Shown one piece after another: positions 8,216 through 16,586 of a stretch of DNA of 24,690 nt. The stretch covers positions 1 through 24,690 of IMG/VR virus record IMGVR_UViG_3300038675_001017, one strand, 5' to 3'. The notes under the pieces were generated by a model. That model saw nothing but the letters and a program-made list of their open reading frames with translations, made no database searches and was not told the origin of the DNA. Each line of letters opens with the position of its first letter. Within the stretch, counting starts at the first letter, position 1. Origin of the DNA: a virus. Its lineage: Duplodnaviria; Caudoviricetes. A program made the translations under genes and the position numbers.

Positions 8216-9983
8216 ATTGCTTGATAACCTTTCGTATACCTGCGTTGTTGCTGATCTCACTGGCGATGGCGTTTGATAACATCTTGCGGTTACGCCAAAC
8301 ATCCTGCGCGTCCCATGCCTGAATAACCTGATTAACATGAATGGTTACGCCTCCAGACGATACGGATTCGCCATTATTTAATGCCCGCAAATTATCTGAC
8401 CCGCCTAAGGCTTTCATACCTTTTCTGGAAAGTGCACCTTCGCCTGTCTGAGCGATAATCGGCACCTCATCCGGTGCAAGGCCGCTATGTGCTCTAATAA
8501 GCCCGCCGTAATGATATTTGCGTACCATCCCGCCCTGATGAAATAATGCGCCCACATCTACCCCGAAAATCTTTCCGCTGGATCCAGCCATGGTGGTAAA
8601 CATCTTGATCAAAAGCAGTTTGGCCAGAATGTTTGATATAACCTGTAAAATCGCCCTTCCAAAATCCGCAAAAATCTCTTTTAAACCTCTCAACTCCCCT
8701 GTAAAGGCTTTAAAGAAAAACTGAGAAAATGCGTTTTGCATATTGCGCGCTGACTGCTTGGCAAATTCCTCCATAGCGTTAAACTTCTTTGCCGCATCTT
8801 CGGCAACCTCGCCAATCTGATCGCCCACACCCTTAAACACCTTGGCCGCATCCGCCCCTGCCTCTTTTACCTTGGCAAAAACAAGATCGTACTGTGCAAC
8901 AGCATCCTGAGCACTTTGTTCAGCCGCAAGTTTAAACGACTGACGCGCTTGCTCGAGCCCTTGCGAAAGCCCTTCAACGTTAAACGTGATCTTTTTATCC
9001 TCTAAACTGTCAGAGAATTTTTTAACCTCCAAAGAGGCTTGGCGATAGGTTTCGCCAATGTTGCCGGGCAGTTTTCCAAGAAGATCATAAAACTTAGTTA
9101 GCGGCACCATTAAATTCTGCAAAAACTCAATACCGATATGCAAAAGACCGTTTAATGCGTTAGTGATGCCGTTAACAAATCCTTTAACCGCAACCGAACC
9201 ATATTCAAGAATGGTAAAAACGCCCGTCACAAGCTGGTTCATAAACGCCTGAATAAAACCGGATACATGCCATAACGCCTCACCAACCTTGACCGAAAAA
9301 TCTTCCCACTGGGCTTTTAACTTCTGCATCTTTTCGAGCTTGGTCATGGTAGATGTATCGATTTTTTCCAGAATGCGCTCACCTGCTTCCAGTGTCGCGT
9401 TTAAAAAGGCTTGTTTACGTTCATACTCAGTTAAATCCTTAACAGACTTGCCGATACTTTGGGCATACTTTTCATACGCTTCCTTGGCGCTGATAATAAT
9501 CCCCAGATTATCAAGAATAAGTTTTGACTGGCGCCCCACACCGATCGCAATACTCTCAAACATAAACCCTACATCTTTTCCAAATGCCCTTGCCGAAGCC
9601 CGGGCAATCTCCATCATCTTGGCGAGCTTGGTTGGATCGATCCCCAGAATCATTGCCTGTGAGGCTTTTTCCATAATCTGCGCGGTCGAAAGCGTCTCGC
9701 CTGACATCCGGCGTAAATCGGCAATAATCTTGTCTGAACTCATTCCTAAAGAATCAGCGAGGTTTTCAAACGCCTGTTTCTGCTGTTCGACCTTGGCACC
9801 CAGCTCCATCAAGTTCCATGCCTTTCGCAGTGCCATGATAGCTGCAGTCACAGCGGCAGTAATGGCAAGCCAGTTTTTTTTCCATGAATTAGCAAACCTG
9901 CGTAAATTCCCGCGCACACCTTCAAGACGCTTGGAGGCTTCATCACGCAGACGTAAAATAATAGAAAGTTCTTTATTGCTCAT
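8208..9983 (-). CDS. Tape measure protein (591 aa)
   Basis: N-terminal LSIILRLRDEAS, Ala-rich helical body, LILDNLGI motif, C-terminal FHQGG...DEVPIIAQTGE. Follows the tail chaperone pair. Confidence 0.92.
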   Translation of the reverse strand: MSNKELSIILRLRDEASKRLEGVRGNLRRFANSWKKNWLAITAAVTAAIMALRKAWNLMELGAKVEQQKQAFENLADSLGMSSDKIIADLRRMSGETLSTAQIMEKASQAMILGIDPTKLAKMMEIARASARAFGKDVGFMFESIAIGVGRQSKLILDNLGIIISAKEAYEKYAQSIGKSVKDLTEYERKQAFLNATLEAGERILEKIDTSTMTKLEKMQKLKAQWEDFSVKVGEALWHVSGFIQAFMNQLVTGVFTILEYGSVAVKGFVNGITNALNGLLHIGIEFLQNLMVPLTKFYDLLGKLPGNIGETYRQASLEVKKFSDSLEDKKITFNVEGLSQGLEQARQSFKLAAEQSAQDAVAQYDLVFAKVKEAGADAAKVFKGVGDQIGEVAEDAAKKFNAMEEFAKQSARNMQNAFSQFFFKAFTGELRGLKEIFADFGRAILQVISNILAKLLLIKMFTTMAGSSGKIFGVDVGALFHQGGMVRKYHYGGLIRAHSGLAPDEVPIIAQTGEGALSRKGMKALGGSDNLRALNNGESVSSGGVTIHVNQVIQAWDAQDVWRNRKMLSNAIASEISNNAGIRKVIKQYG

Positions 9984-10303
9984 CGTTGAAACTTCTTTCT
10001 TCGTCGTTCGCGTTCCTGCTCGATTTGAGCAAGCTCTTTATCAATCACTTCAAAGGCATCAAGCATTTTTGCCGACTGATCAAGCCACGTCCCCTGATTG
10101 GGGAAACACCCATTCTTGAAAAAAAGAAATGCCCTTAAAAAATTCGCCGACTGACGCGTGACGATCTTGTAAGGGCATCCCCGATACTGCTGGCCGTTGA
10201 CTTCCCAAATATCCTGGCCAGGCACTTCGTATTCACAAAAACTCTTTTTCCCGCTTACGCATCCACGGCAGTTCATTGTCAGCTCACCCAAATGAACCGC
10301 CAC
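9980..10303 (-). CDS. Tail assembly chaperone frameshift extension (gpT-like), probably expressed as a G-T fusion
   Basis: Lies in the -1 frame relative to the upstream chaperone and is open through the A AAA AAC site. Contains GCFPNQGTWLDQSAKMLDAF and has no convincing RBS of its own. Confidence 0.8.
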   Translation of the reverse strand: MAVHLGELTMNCRGCVSGKKSFCEYEVPGQDIWEVNGQQYRGCPYKIVTRQSANFLRAFLFFKNGCFPNQGTWLDQSAKMLDAFEVIDKELAQIEQERERRRKKFQR

Positions 10304-10305
10304 GA

Positions 10306-10731
10306 TCAGTTTTTTTGTTCATCCTCGGATAATTTGGATTCGTTAAGGATCACCTCAGCAAGTTCCTGCCTTAATTCACTGGGAAACATTGCAATAATCC
10401 GATCGGGAATAACGTTGCGTGATTTACCCGCATAATTAATCGTGTCAAACCTCAAATCAATCGGCTTGTTTGTCTGCGGGTCCAGAAAATTATCGATCCC
10501 TTTTAATCCAAACTTGATCGCCATGATCTGGCGTTTATTCCAGTTCAAACGTACCCGCGCTTTATCATTCGGATTGTTTGAACTCATCTCATAAGTACTG
10601 CTTTCATCATCAACCTCAGCACGCAATACCGGATCCAGTAACCCGATATGAAACATTGTCGGATTTTCTTGATCCGGATCCATTTTTGATACGTACTTGC
10701 GTGTTGAATTAACATCAATTCCCGTTAACAT
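10306..10731 (-). CDS. Tail assembly chaperone (gpG-like)
   Basis: Between tail tube and tape measure genes, with GGAGGT RBS. Ends SEDEQKN-stop on a slippery sequence. Confidence 0.85.
   Translation of the reverse strand: MLTGIDVNSTRKYVSKMDPDQENPTMFHIGLLDPVLRAEVDDESSTYEMSSNNPNDKARVRLNWNKRQIMAIKFGLKGIDNFLDPQTNKPIDLRFDTINYAGKSRNVIPDRIIAMFPSELRQELAEVILNESKLSEDEQKN
10309..10315 (-). other. Programmed -1 ribosomal frameshift site A AAA AAC
   Basis: Minus strand reads GAA CAA AAA AAC TGA. A -1 slip gives AAA CTG ATC GTG GCG, in frame with ORF 9980..10303. Confidence 0.85.
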
Positions 10732-10744
10732 AAATCACCTCCAT

Positions 10745-11896
10745 TTATAAAAGTAAAATTGAAAGTTCATCGTCACCCGGCTCCATACTTCCGGTTAAAT
10801 CAAACGATGTTTGAGCCAGCTGAATACCGTCACGATCGCCGTCGTCGATTTTGTTGTAAACAATACTCGGGGCATAAAACCTGAACTTGTTGCCCTCTGT
10901 ATCGCCATAGGCAAGGTCAAGAACCATCGGGATATTGTTAAACCACTTATTGAAAAAATCATGCGTGGCTACGGCAACCATTTCCGGATTAAAAGACCCT
11001 TGCGGATCACGGCCTGTGATCATGTAAGACAGGATCCCTTTGGCATCATCGATCTTGTCTTTCGATGCCAGTGTATTGGCGATATCGATATCCATCTCGC
11101 CAATGTTTAAAGACACACCGTCTGCCGACATGCTGGCATTAAGAAGAACCGGCGGGATTGTTTCATCAAACGTGACACCTGAAAACATCGGGATATCCGC
11201 GACCCCTGATTCCACACCTTTAAAACTGAAATCGATCATGGCAGGCTCGCCGATTTTGAAACTGAACTTGACTGTCCCTCGGCATCCTTTGATGATCTTT
11301 CGGATCCCGTCCTCAAACATCCCCATGGTCAACGACGGAATTAATGAACTGATTGGTTTAATTTCAAAACCTGCGTCCTCTGGATCACTTGAGGCATTCG
11401 CGCTTGCTCCTGAAGTGCTCCCAGTGATTTCATCCGTTGAAATAAACATGCCAAAAATTTCAACAAAATAAAGCGTTGTAGTGCCGTCTTCAGTCTTAAT
11501 AACCACCCGGCCTGTAGCGCCGGATGAATCGCCTGTAACAGTTTCACCATGCAGAAACGGTCCGGAGGTAATTGATCCAATCGCAATCTTTTTAAGCGGG
11601 TTAAATACAAACCCGCATGCCTTGACTAAATCAGCCCATTCCGGCTCCTGAATGAGGGATCCTGAACCACGCAACTCAATACTAAAATCAATCCCGGCTG
11701 ACCGTTTACCGGCAAGTTTTCCCAGCTTGGTAAGTGACGCGCGTACAGGGTCACGCTGATACATCTGCGGGTCATACATCGCCCGTGGAGAAAAATTAAC
11801 CAAAATCCCCGCATCATCAGCTGCCAAAGTCTCTGCAATACCTTCCTGTACCTCAACTTTGGAAGCCAGCTGGCGTTTTCGCGTTAGCATTGACAT
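10745..11896 (-). CDS. Major tail tube protein with an inserted beta-rich domain
   Basis: GIDFSIELRGSG, LVKACG, SLTMGMF.DG, IKGCRGTVKFSF and ITGRDPQGSF are tube-like motifs. Strong GAGGAGG RBS, directly after the neck genes. Confidence 0.85.
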   Translation of the reverse strand: MSMLTRKRQLASKVEVQEGIAETLAADDAGILVNFSPRAMYDPQMYQRDPVRASLTKLGKLAGKRSAGIDFSIELRGSGSLIQEPEWADLVKACGFVFNPLKKIAIGSITSGPFLHGETVTGDSSGATGRVVIKTEDGTTTLYFVEIFGMFISTDEITGSTSGASANASSDPEDAGFEIKPISSLIPSLTMGMFEDGIRKIIKGCRGTVKFSFKIGEPAMIDFSFKGVESGVADIPMFSGVTFDETIPPVLLNASMSADGVSLNIGEMDIDIANTLASKDKIDDAKGILSYMITGRDPQGSFNPEMVAVATHDFFNKWFNNIPMVLDLAYGDTEGNKFRFYAPSIVYNKIDDGDRDGIQLAQTSFDLTGSMEPGDDELSILLL

Positions 11897-11910
11897 TTTT
11901 ATTCCTCCTC

Positions 11911-12378
11911 CTAACTCTTGGCGGTTGGGTCACTACGTAAATGACGATACCGAACTCTAATTTCAATAATGATTCCTGCATACGGCTGCGCTTCGGTTGT
12001 TTCAAAGGGCGTTGTGCCTAAAATATCCGTATCAATCGCGTCGGCTCCACGCGTTGTATCCTCAAGAACAGCCTTTTTAATATCCCCCTGCAACCTGTTT
12101 AAATATGTATCCGTCGGAATCGGATCATCCTCATCATTAACAAAAAACACATCCAGAAATACCGACAATACACATTCTTCAAACGGATGCGGTGAACTCG
12201 TCTCATCTTCATCACCCGGGCTGATAACAACCATCGGCATATTAACCATACTGTTGCCATGCATTGACCAGCGCTGGACTGTTTCAGAAGTAAAATCAAA
12301 GTTGTAACCATTGGCGATCGTCACCCCTTCGATCGTTGACTTTATGTTTTGTAAAATTCTTTCCCTGACCGTTTCCAT
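11911..12378 (-). CDS. Tail terminator protein (gpU-like)
   Basis: Acidic 155-aa protein (VRERILQNI...MPMVVISPGDE...IRVRYRH) immediately upstream of the tube gene. Confidence 0.75.
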   Translation of the reverse strand: METVRERILQNIKSTIEGVTIANGYNFDFTSETVQRWSMHGNSMVNMPMVVISPGDEDETSSPHPFEECVLSVFLDVFFVNDEDDPIPTDTYLNRLQGDIKKAVLEDTTRGADAIDTDILGTTPFETTEAQPYAGIIIEIRVRYRHLRSDPTAKS

Positions 12379-12986
12379 CAGATTTTCCTTAAGGCTTTCT
12401 CAATAGACTTATTTAAAATATCAATACGGTAATTCACCAAACCGTCCCACGTCCGGTAAAATCCAAGCCGGGGTTTAATACGTACCTGTCTTTTTAGGAC
12501 ATAAAGAGGCAGGATTTTTTGCGCGCGTTTGGTGACCCGCGCCAGAAACGTTTTGCCTTTAAACCGCATTGCCTTAATATTTTTCAACTCATAAGGTTTT
12601 TTATACCTTGCCAGCAATTTATCTTTTTTAAACATTTCCGATCGTGCTGACAAAGGAACCGCTAATCTTCCCCCGCTTTTGCTCCTGATGATTCCGCCTG
12701 TTTCATGAAGTCTGGCGATCTTTGAATTTGAAAAAATTTCGATCCCCATACCGTCAATTGTGGGCGATACAAGTGACACGCGTTTAAACGTGCCAAAAAG
12801 TCCATGGCCGGAAGCTCCACGAATCCCTTCTGGCGGGCCCTGAAGCTGTTTCTGCCTGAACCTCTTTAAAAAACCCTTGCCGATACGATCCATGCCGTCT
12901 GCCAACTCAAATTTAAGGACACGCGGCGCAATCTTAATAGCTCGTTCCAAATTTTTTGTATCAACTTCTGTTAATAACTCAACCAT
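12378..12986 (-). CDS. Tail completion / neck protein (gpZ or HK97 gp10-like)
   Basis: Very basic 202-aa protein with ARLHETGG.I, LAVPL and LYVLKRQVRIKPRLGF, positioned between head closure and terminator genes. Confidence 0.72.
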   Translation of the reverse strand: MVELLTEVDTKNLERAIKIAPRVLKFELADGMDRIGKGFLKRFRQKQLQGPPEGIRGASGHGLFGTFKRVSLVSPTIDGMGIEIFSNSKIARLHETGGIIRSKSGGRLAVPLSARSEMFKKDKLLARYKKPYELKNIKAMRFKGKTFLARVTKRAQKILPLYVLKRQVRIKPRLGFYRTWDGLVNYRIDILNKSIEKALRKI

Positions 12987-13328
12987 CTACCACCCCACCA
13001 GTAAATGCCACATCCCGTCATCGCTGTTAAGCACATCATTAATCCGCGCTTCGCGATCAATCCCTAAAGTATCTTTAAGCGTGATACGGTCATCTTTTTT
13101 GCTGATTTCTACAACCCCTTGATCTACATCATTGGCAATAAAAACCTCAGCCTGTTTTTTCAACGAACGGTTAATGTTTTCTTCCGAGGGAGCCAGCTCA
13201 TACCTGACAACAACCGCCTTAATGGCCTTTAAATCAAATTCAGTTCGATAAGTAATTTCCTCGGCAAACTCATCAGAATTGAAAAAAACATCTGCGCTGT
13301 CCTTTTTGATCTGATCCCTTAAGCTCAT
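12987..13328 (-). CDS. Head-tail joining protein (gpFII-like)
   Basis: Likely start MSLRDQ at 13328 after AAGGAG. VFFNSDEFAEEITY motif and C-terminal DGMWHLLV. Confidence 0.75.
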   Translation of the reverse strand: MSLRDQIKKDSADVFFNSDEFAEEITYRTEFDLKAIKAVVVRYELAPSEENINRSLKKQAEVFIANDVDQGVVEISKKDDRITLKDTLGIDREARINDVLNSDDGMWHLLVGW

Positions 13329-13681
13329 TTCACAAAACTCCTTGCAAGATAAAACGCAAGGCTGACCAGCCCTCCGCAAACACCGATCACCGCGACATAA
13401 AAAATCGCCTGCTTAAACCTGCCTGCCCATTCGGAGCTTTAACGCACAAGCGGGACAAATTCATCCATCTTCTGACGAATTTCATAAATCGTTTTTGATA
13501 GCCCGTTATCAATACGGTCTTTGATATGTTTGACATCACCTGATAACTCAACAAGGCGCACATCCGAAGCCTGAATCTTAAGATCATGCTCTTTAAGCGT
13601 TGCCTGAAACTCCTTTGATTCTTTTTCAAGCATCTGGTGTTTCTGCAAACATATCTCTTTATCAACTGACTTTTCTTCCAT
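13325..13681 (-). pseudogene. Coiled-coil plus C-terminal TM protein (XhlA/holin-like) interrupted by an in-frame TAA at 13439-13441
   Basis: Reads ...FVPLVR-TAA-SSEWAGRFKQAIFYVAVIGVCGGLVSLAFYLARSFVK-TGA. The second stop overlaps the ATG of the next gene (ATGA), as other gene ends here do. Confidence 0.7.
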
Positions 13682-13703
13682 ATGCAATATCCTGACAACG
13701 TCC

Positions 13704-14108
13704 TTATCGATGCTTTATGTTAAGCGGCCTCACAATAATTGAATCAATCACTGCCATTGAACTTGTGTTCACATTACGGCACCGAAAATAAAGAATAGGC
13801 ACTGCCGGAACCTGAATTCGCCGAACCATATTCTGCTGATAAACAGTAATTGAAGAATTGTCATAAAAATCCGTGGAATCTTTATCCAATGCCGCGATGG
13901 GGACAACCTGCCAATACGCGTTTTCTCCGCTTAACTTCACGTAAACGTCTATGTACTCCCATCCAGTCAGGTCAATACAATCATCCAGATTCAAAGGATT
14001 TCCGGGATCATCTTCAGTAACGTTGGTTCTGGCAGTAATAAGCGGCCCGAATTCCACCTGTGTTACTCGTCCGATATCAACCGAATCAAAATGCCCAAGC
14101 ATCTTCAT
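13704..14108 (-). CDS. Hypothetical beta-rich protein (134 aa), possibly virion-associated
   Basis: AAGGAG RBS and alternating hydrophobic strands (WEYIDVYVKL, ILYFRC). Located just after the capsid gene. Confidence 0.7.
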   Translation of the reverse strand: MKMLGHFDSVDIGRVTQVEFGPLITARTNVTEDDPGNPLNLDDCIDLTGWEYIDVYVKLSGENAYWQVVPIAALDKDSTDFYDNSSITVYQQNMVRRIQVPAVPILYFRCRNVNTSSMAVIDSIIVRPLNIKHR

Positions 14109-14120
14109 ACTCCTTAAGAA

Positions 14121-14147
14121 TTTAAAGAGGGGGCGTTAAGCCCCCTC
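14121..14147 (-). terminator. Intrinsic terminator after the major capsid gene
   Basis: Perfect 8-bp stem GAGGGGGC/GCCCCCTC (14127-14134, 14140-14147) with a 5-nt loop, followed on the minus strand by TTTAAATTCTT. Begins 3 nt after the capsid stop. Confidence 0.75.
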
Positions 14148-14150
14148 ATA

Positions 14151-15113
14151 TTAAGCATCAACTTTTAAAAGGTGCGCGAAATACGGATCAATGATCATTT
14201 CATCCACATGCTGACGCACACGAAACACATCGCTTCTGATCTCCTCAGCCCGGTACTGCTCAACAACAGCATTTTCCGGGCTGTCAGAAATCCACAGAAA
14301 CGTCCGTCCCAATCCCGGACGTGACAGATCCTGCCCATCCTCAGAGATCAATGCCAGAAGCGCAAAATCATCACTCCAGATATCTCCGCTGACAAACGAT
14401 TTGCCTTCCTTGGCGGTATTACGGATCGCCTTGCCTTCGAAGATATACTTCACACCAAAAAGATCAGCCAAAGCCCGGCGTATCTCCGCATCTGTGGGGC
14501 GGGATGTATACTTGATTAAATCAACGATCTCGGTGTTCTCCTTAAGGCGCTCAATATTCGTCGAACTCATGATCAGGGAATTCGGCATCATCCCGCAGTT
14601 CGACCGCACTTTAGCTTTTGCCTCACGAATCTGCTGGATGACTTTAGTGGCAACGTCATTCCAGGGATTTGCCGAATGATCCGTATACAAAGCTGACCCT
14701 GAAAACGTGCCGGTGTTAAACAACAAATCCGCGATACGCTTTTCCTGTGCCTGCAAGACACGGCGTGTCGTGATCTTGGTTGTTACCAGCTCCGCATCAA
14801 AATCACTTTCATACATTGCCCGTTCACTGTCATCCAAAGCACCTTCAAGGCCGTGTTCCTGACAGTTATAGGATTTATCTTTTGCGCTAAACCCATCACG
14901 GTTGTAATTCCCGCGTGTCGCGCGCTTGGTATCAGCGTCACGTGTGATGCTTTCACGGGTAATCGCCGGAAAAACGGATTTTTGTTTCTGGGTCCGAAAA
15001 AGCGGCATCACCTTCGTCCCGATAAACTCGTTTTCCTGTTCAACGTACTCCATGACAGCAACACCAAGATCCATTCTCGGTATTGCTCTTTCGCCTGAAT
15101 ATTCAACTCCCAG
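14151..15113 (-). CDS. Major capsid protein (HK97 fold); first ATG at 15074, probable true start at CTG 15113
   Basis: FIGTKVMP, YNCQEHGLEGALDD, QEKRIADLLFN, PNSLIMS, LGRTFLW and VEQYRAEEIRSDVFRVRQ. Follows the decoration gene and precedes a terminator. Confidence 0.88.
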   Translation of the reverse strand: MGVEYSGERAIPRMDLGVAVMEYVEQENEFIGTKVMPLFRTQKQKSVFPAITRESITRDADTKRATRGNYNRDGFSAKDKSYNCQEHGLEGALDDSERAMYESDFDAELVTTKITTRRVLQAQEKRIADLLFNTGTFSGSALYTDHSANPWNDVATKVIQQIREAKAKVRSNCGMMPNSLIMSSTNIERLKENTEIVDLIKYTSRPTDAEIRRALADLFGVKYIFEGKAIRNTAKEGKSFVSGDIWSDDFALLALISEDGQDLSRPGLGRTFLWISDSPENAVVEQYRAEEIRSDVFRVRQHVDEMIIDPYFAHLLKVDA

Positions 15114-15144
15114 GGTGCTCCGCCTGCCTCAATTTAAATGTTAT

Positions 15145-15498
15145 TTATGCCAGCAAGCCTTCAATCACTTCCAGATCAATGGCTGATTCCTCAAGCGCTT
15201 TACCGATGATTTCGCCACTGACAGTCGCGCTGATTTTTCCGTCATCAGCACCGTAAAAATCTCCTCCCTCACTGATAGCCCCATCAGATACCAGCTTGAA
15301 TGTACGCCCGCGGGTTTTGAGATTAACCGTGACAAAATCCCCTGCTGGCACTTTAGCCGCGGTAATCCCGATAAAATCCTCACCCGCATCAGCGTACTCA
15401 ACCTGATTGCCTTTTGCGGCGCTAAGCTTAACCCTGCGAAACGCTTCCAAATCTTCACCCGCGATAAATGCTTTTGCTCCTAAATTTTCCTGTGACAT
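15145..15498 (-). CDS. Head decoration / capsid cement protein (DUF2190-like)
   Basis: Gly/Ala-rich 117 aa with AGEDLEAFRRVKL, FIGIT, ADDGKI and IGKALE. AAGGAG RBS, between protease and capsid genes. Confidence 0.8.
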   Translation of the reverse strand: MSQENLGAKAFIAGEDLEAFRRVKLSAAKGNQVEYADAGEDFIGITAAKVPAGDFVTVNLKTRGRTFKLVSDGAISEGGDFYGADDGKISATVSGEIIGKALEESAIDLEVIEGLLA

Positions 15499-15527
15499 AA
15501 ATTTTCTCCTTTTAAAATATTTAAACT

Positions 15528-16586
15528 TTATCGTTTCTCTGCCGTTGCTCGAAGAGCATCCGTCATACTTCCGCCATGCTCTTTTTGATAGGCTTTCGCC
15601 CTATCAAAATGCGAAAGACCTTTTTTCGGCTCTTCCTCATCATCCGGCCCGACCTGCGGGGCTGAATTGTCCTTTAGATCCTCAAGGCGCTTTTCCTGAA
15701 AACTGATCACTGCCTGATCAACGGTTTTGCCCTGTTCAACCGCTTCAAGAGCCAACGCATCCATCCCTTCAAATGCCTTTGCTTTTTTAAGAATTTCAAC
15801 AGAACGTTCGCGCTCCTGTTTAACTCCTGCCTCAAGGCCTTCTTTTTGCACTGACTCATAAATCCCTTTGTTCTGTTCTTTAAATTGTTCCAGCGTAAGA
15901 TCACTCATAATTGATTGCTCCTTATTTTTAGTTTCTTTGTTAAATCTGTATCTATCCAAAAACCCGATGGTTTTCTCAACGGCATCAGGATTGTTAAGAA
16001 ATTTATCCAAAAACAAAGTCATTTCAGAAGACGGTATAACGCTGTCTCTAAAAAACAGATGCCCGAAAAATCCGTTATTAGCCGCCGGATCATCAACCAC
16101 ATCAACCGATAAAAGTTTGGTGACACGAATGAACGGTGGTAAATTTTCCTCGCCTGCTTCAAGATCGTTTCGCTCCTCTGCATCCCAGTGGATGACCATT
16201 GACGCGCCAAACATCTCCGGATCACTTTGTGCCAGATTAAGGACATAGCCTGCCAGATCACCATCCGGTGTATCAAAAGCGGTCTTGTCAATGTGTAAAT
16301 CTGCACGGACAATATTGCCATCTCTTAAAAAATTTTTAACCCTTCCCAAAAAAGTTCCCAACGCGGTACTGCTCATGTTGGGATGACCGAATCTTGACTT
16401 AACTCCCAATTTCGCCTGATTACCCAGACTGACAATTGATTCAAGCGCCTCATCATCAAACTCTCCACGCTCATCTTTGGTGATACCCTTGGTGACAACA
16501 GCAAAACCCTTGATGATGGCGTTCTCACGGTCAATACGTACTCCGCCGCCTCTGGCAACATCTGTCCTGAAAAGATCCATTTTCAT
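15528..16586 (-). CDS. Prohead protease with C-terminal scaffold region
   Basis: SRFGHP (His), MFGASMV (Ser) and SVDVVDDPAAN resemble HK97/Mu-type prohead proteases. Charged helical C-terminal third, directly after the portal gene. Confidence 0.8.
   Translation of the reverse strand: MKMDLFRTDVARGGGVRIDRENAIIKGFAVVTKGITKDERGEFDDEALESIVSLGNQAKLGVKSRFGHPNMSSTALGTFLGRVKNFLRDGNIVRADLHIDKTAFDTPDGDLAGYVLNLAQSDPEMFGASMVIHWDAEERNDLEAGEENLPPFIRVTKLLSVDVVDDPAANNGFFGHLFFRDSVIPSSEMTLFLDKFLNNPDAVEKTIGFLDRYRFNKETKNKEQSIMSDLTLEQFKEQNKGIYESVQKEGLEAGVKQERERSVEILKKAKAFEGMDALALEAVEQGKTVDQAVISFQEKRLEDLKDNSAPQVGPDDEEEPKKGLSHFDRAKAYQKEHGGSMTDALRATAEKR

Noticed and set aside
9289-10119. 276-aa plus-strand ORF and the other plus-strand ORFs
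   Set aside because: They are antisense shadows of well-supported minus-strand genes, with no recognisable motifs.
13387-13698. 103-aa alternative-frame ORF, or a frameshift in the holin-like gene
   Set aside because: In-frame continuation past the TAA gives a TM helix and an ATGA overlap, a better explanation than this frame.
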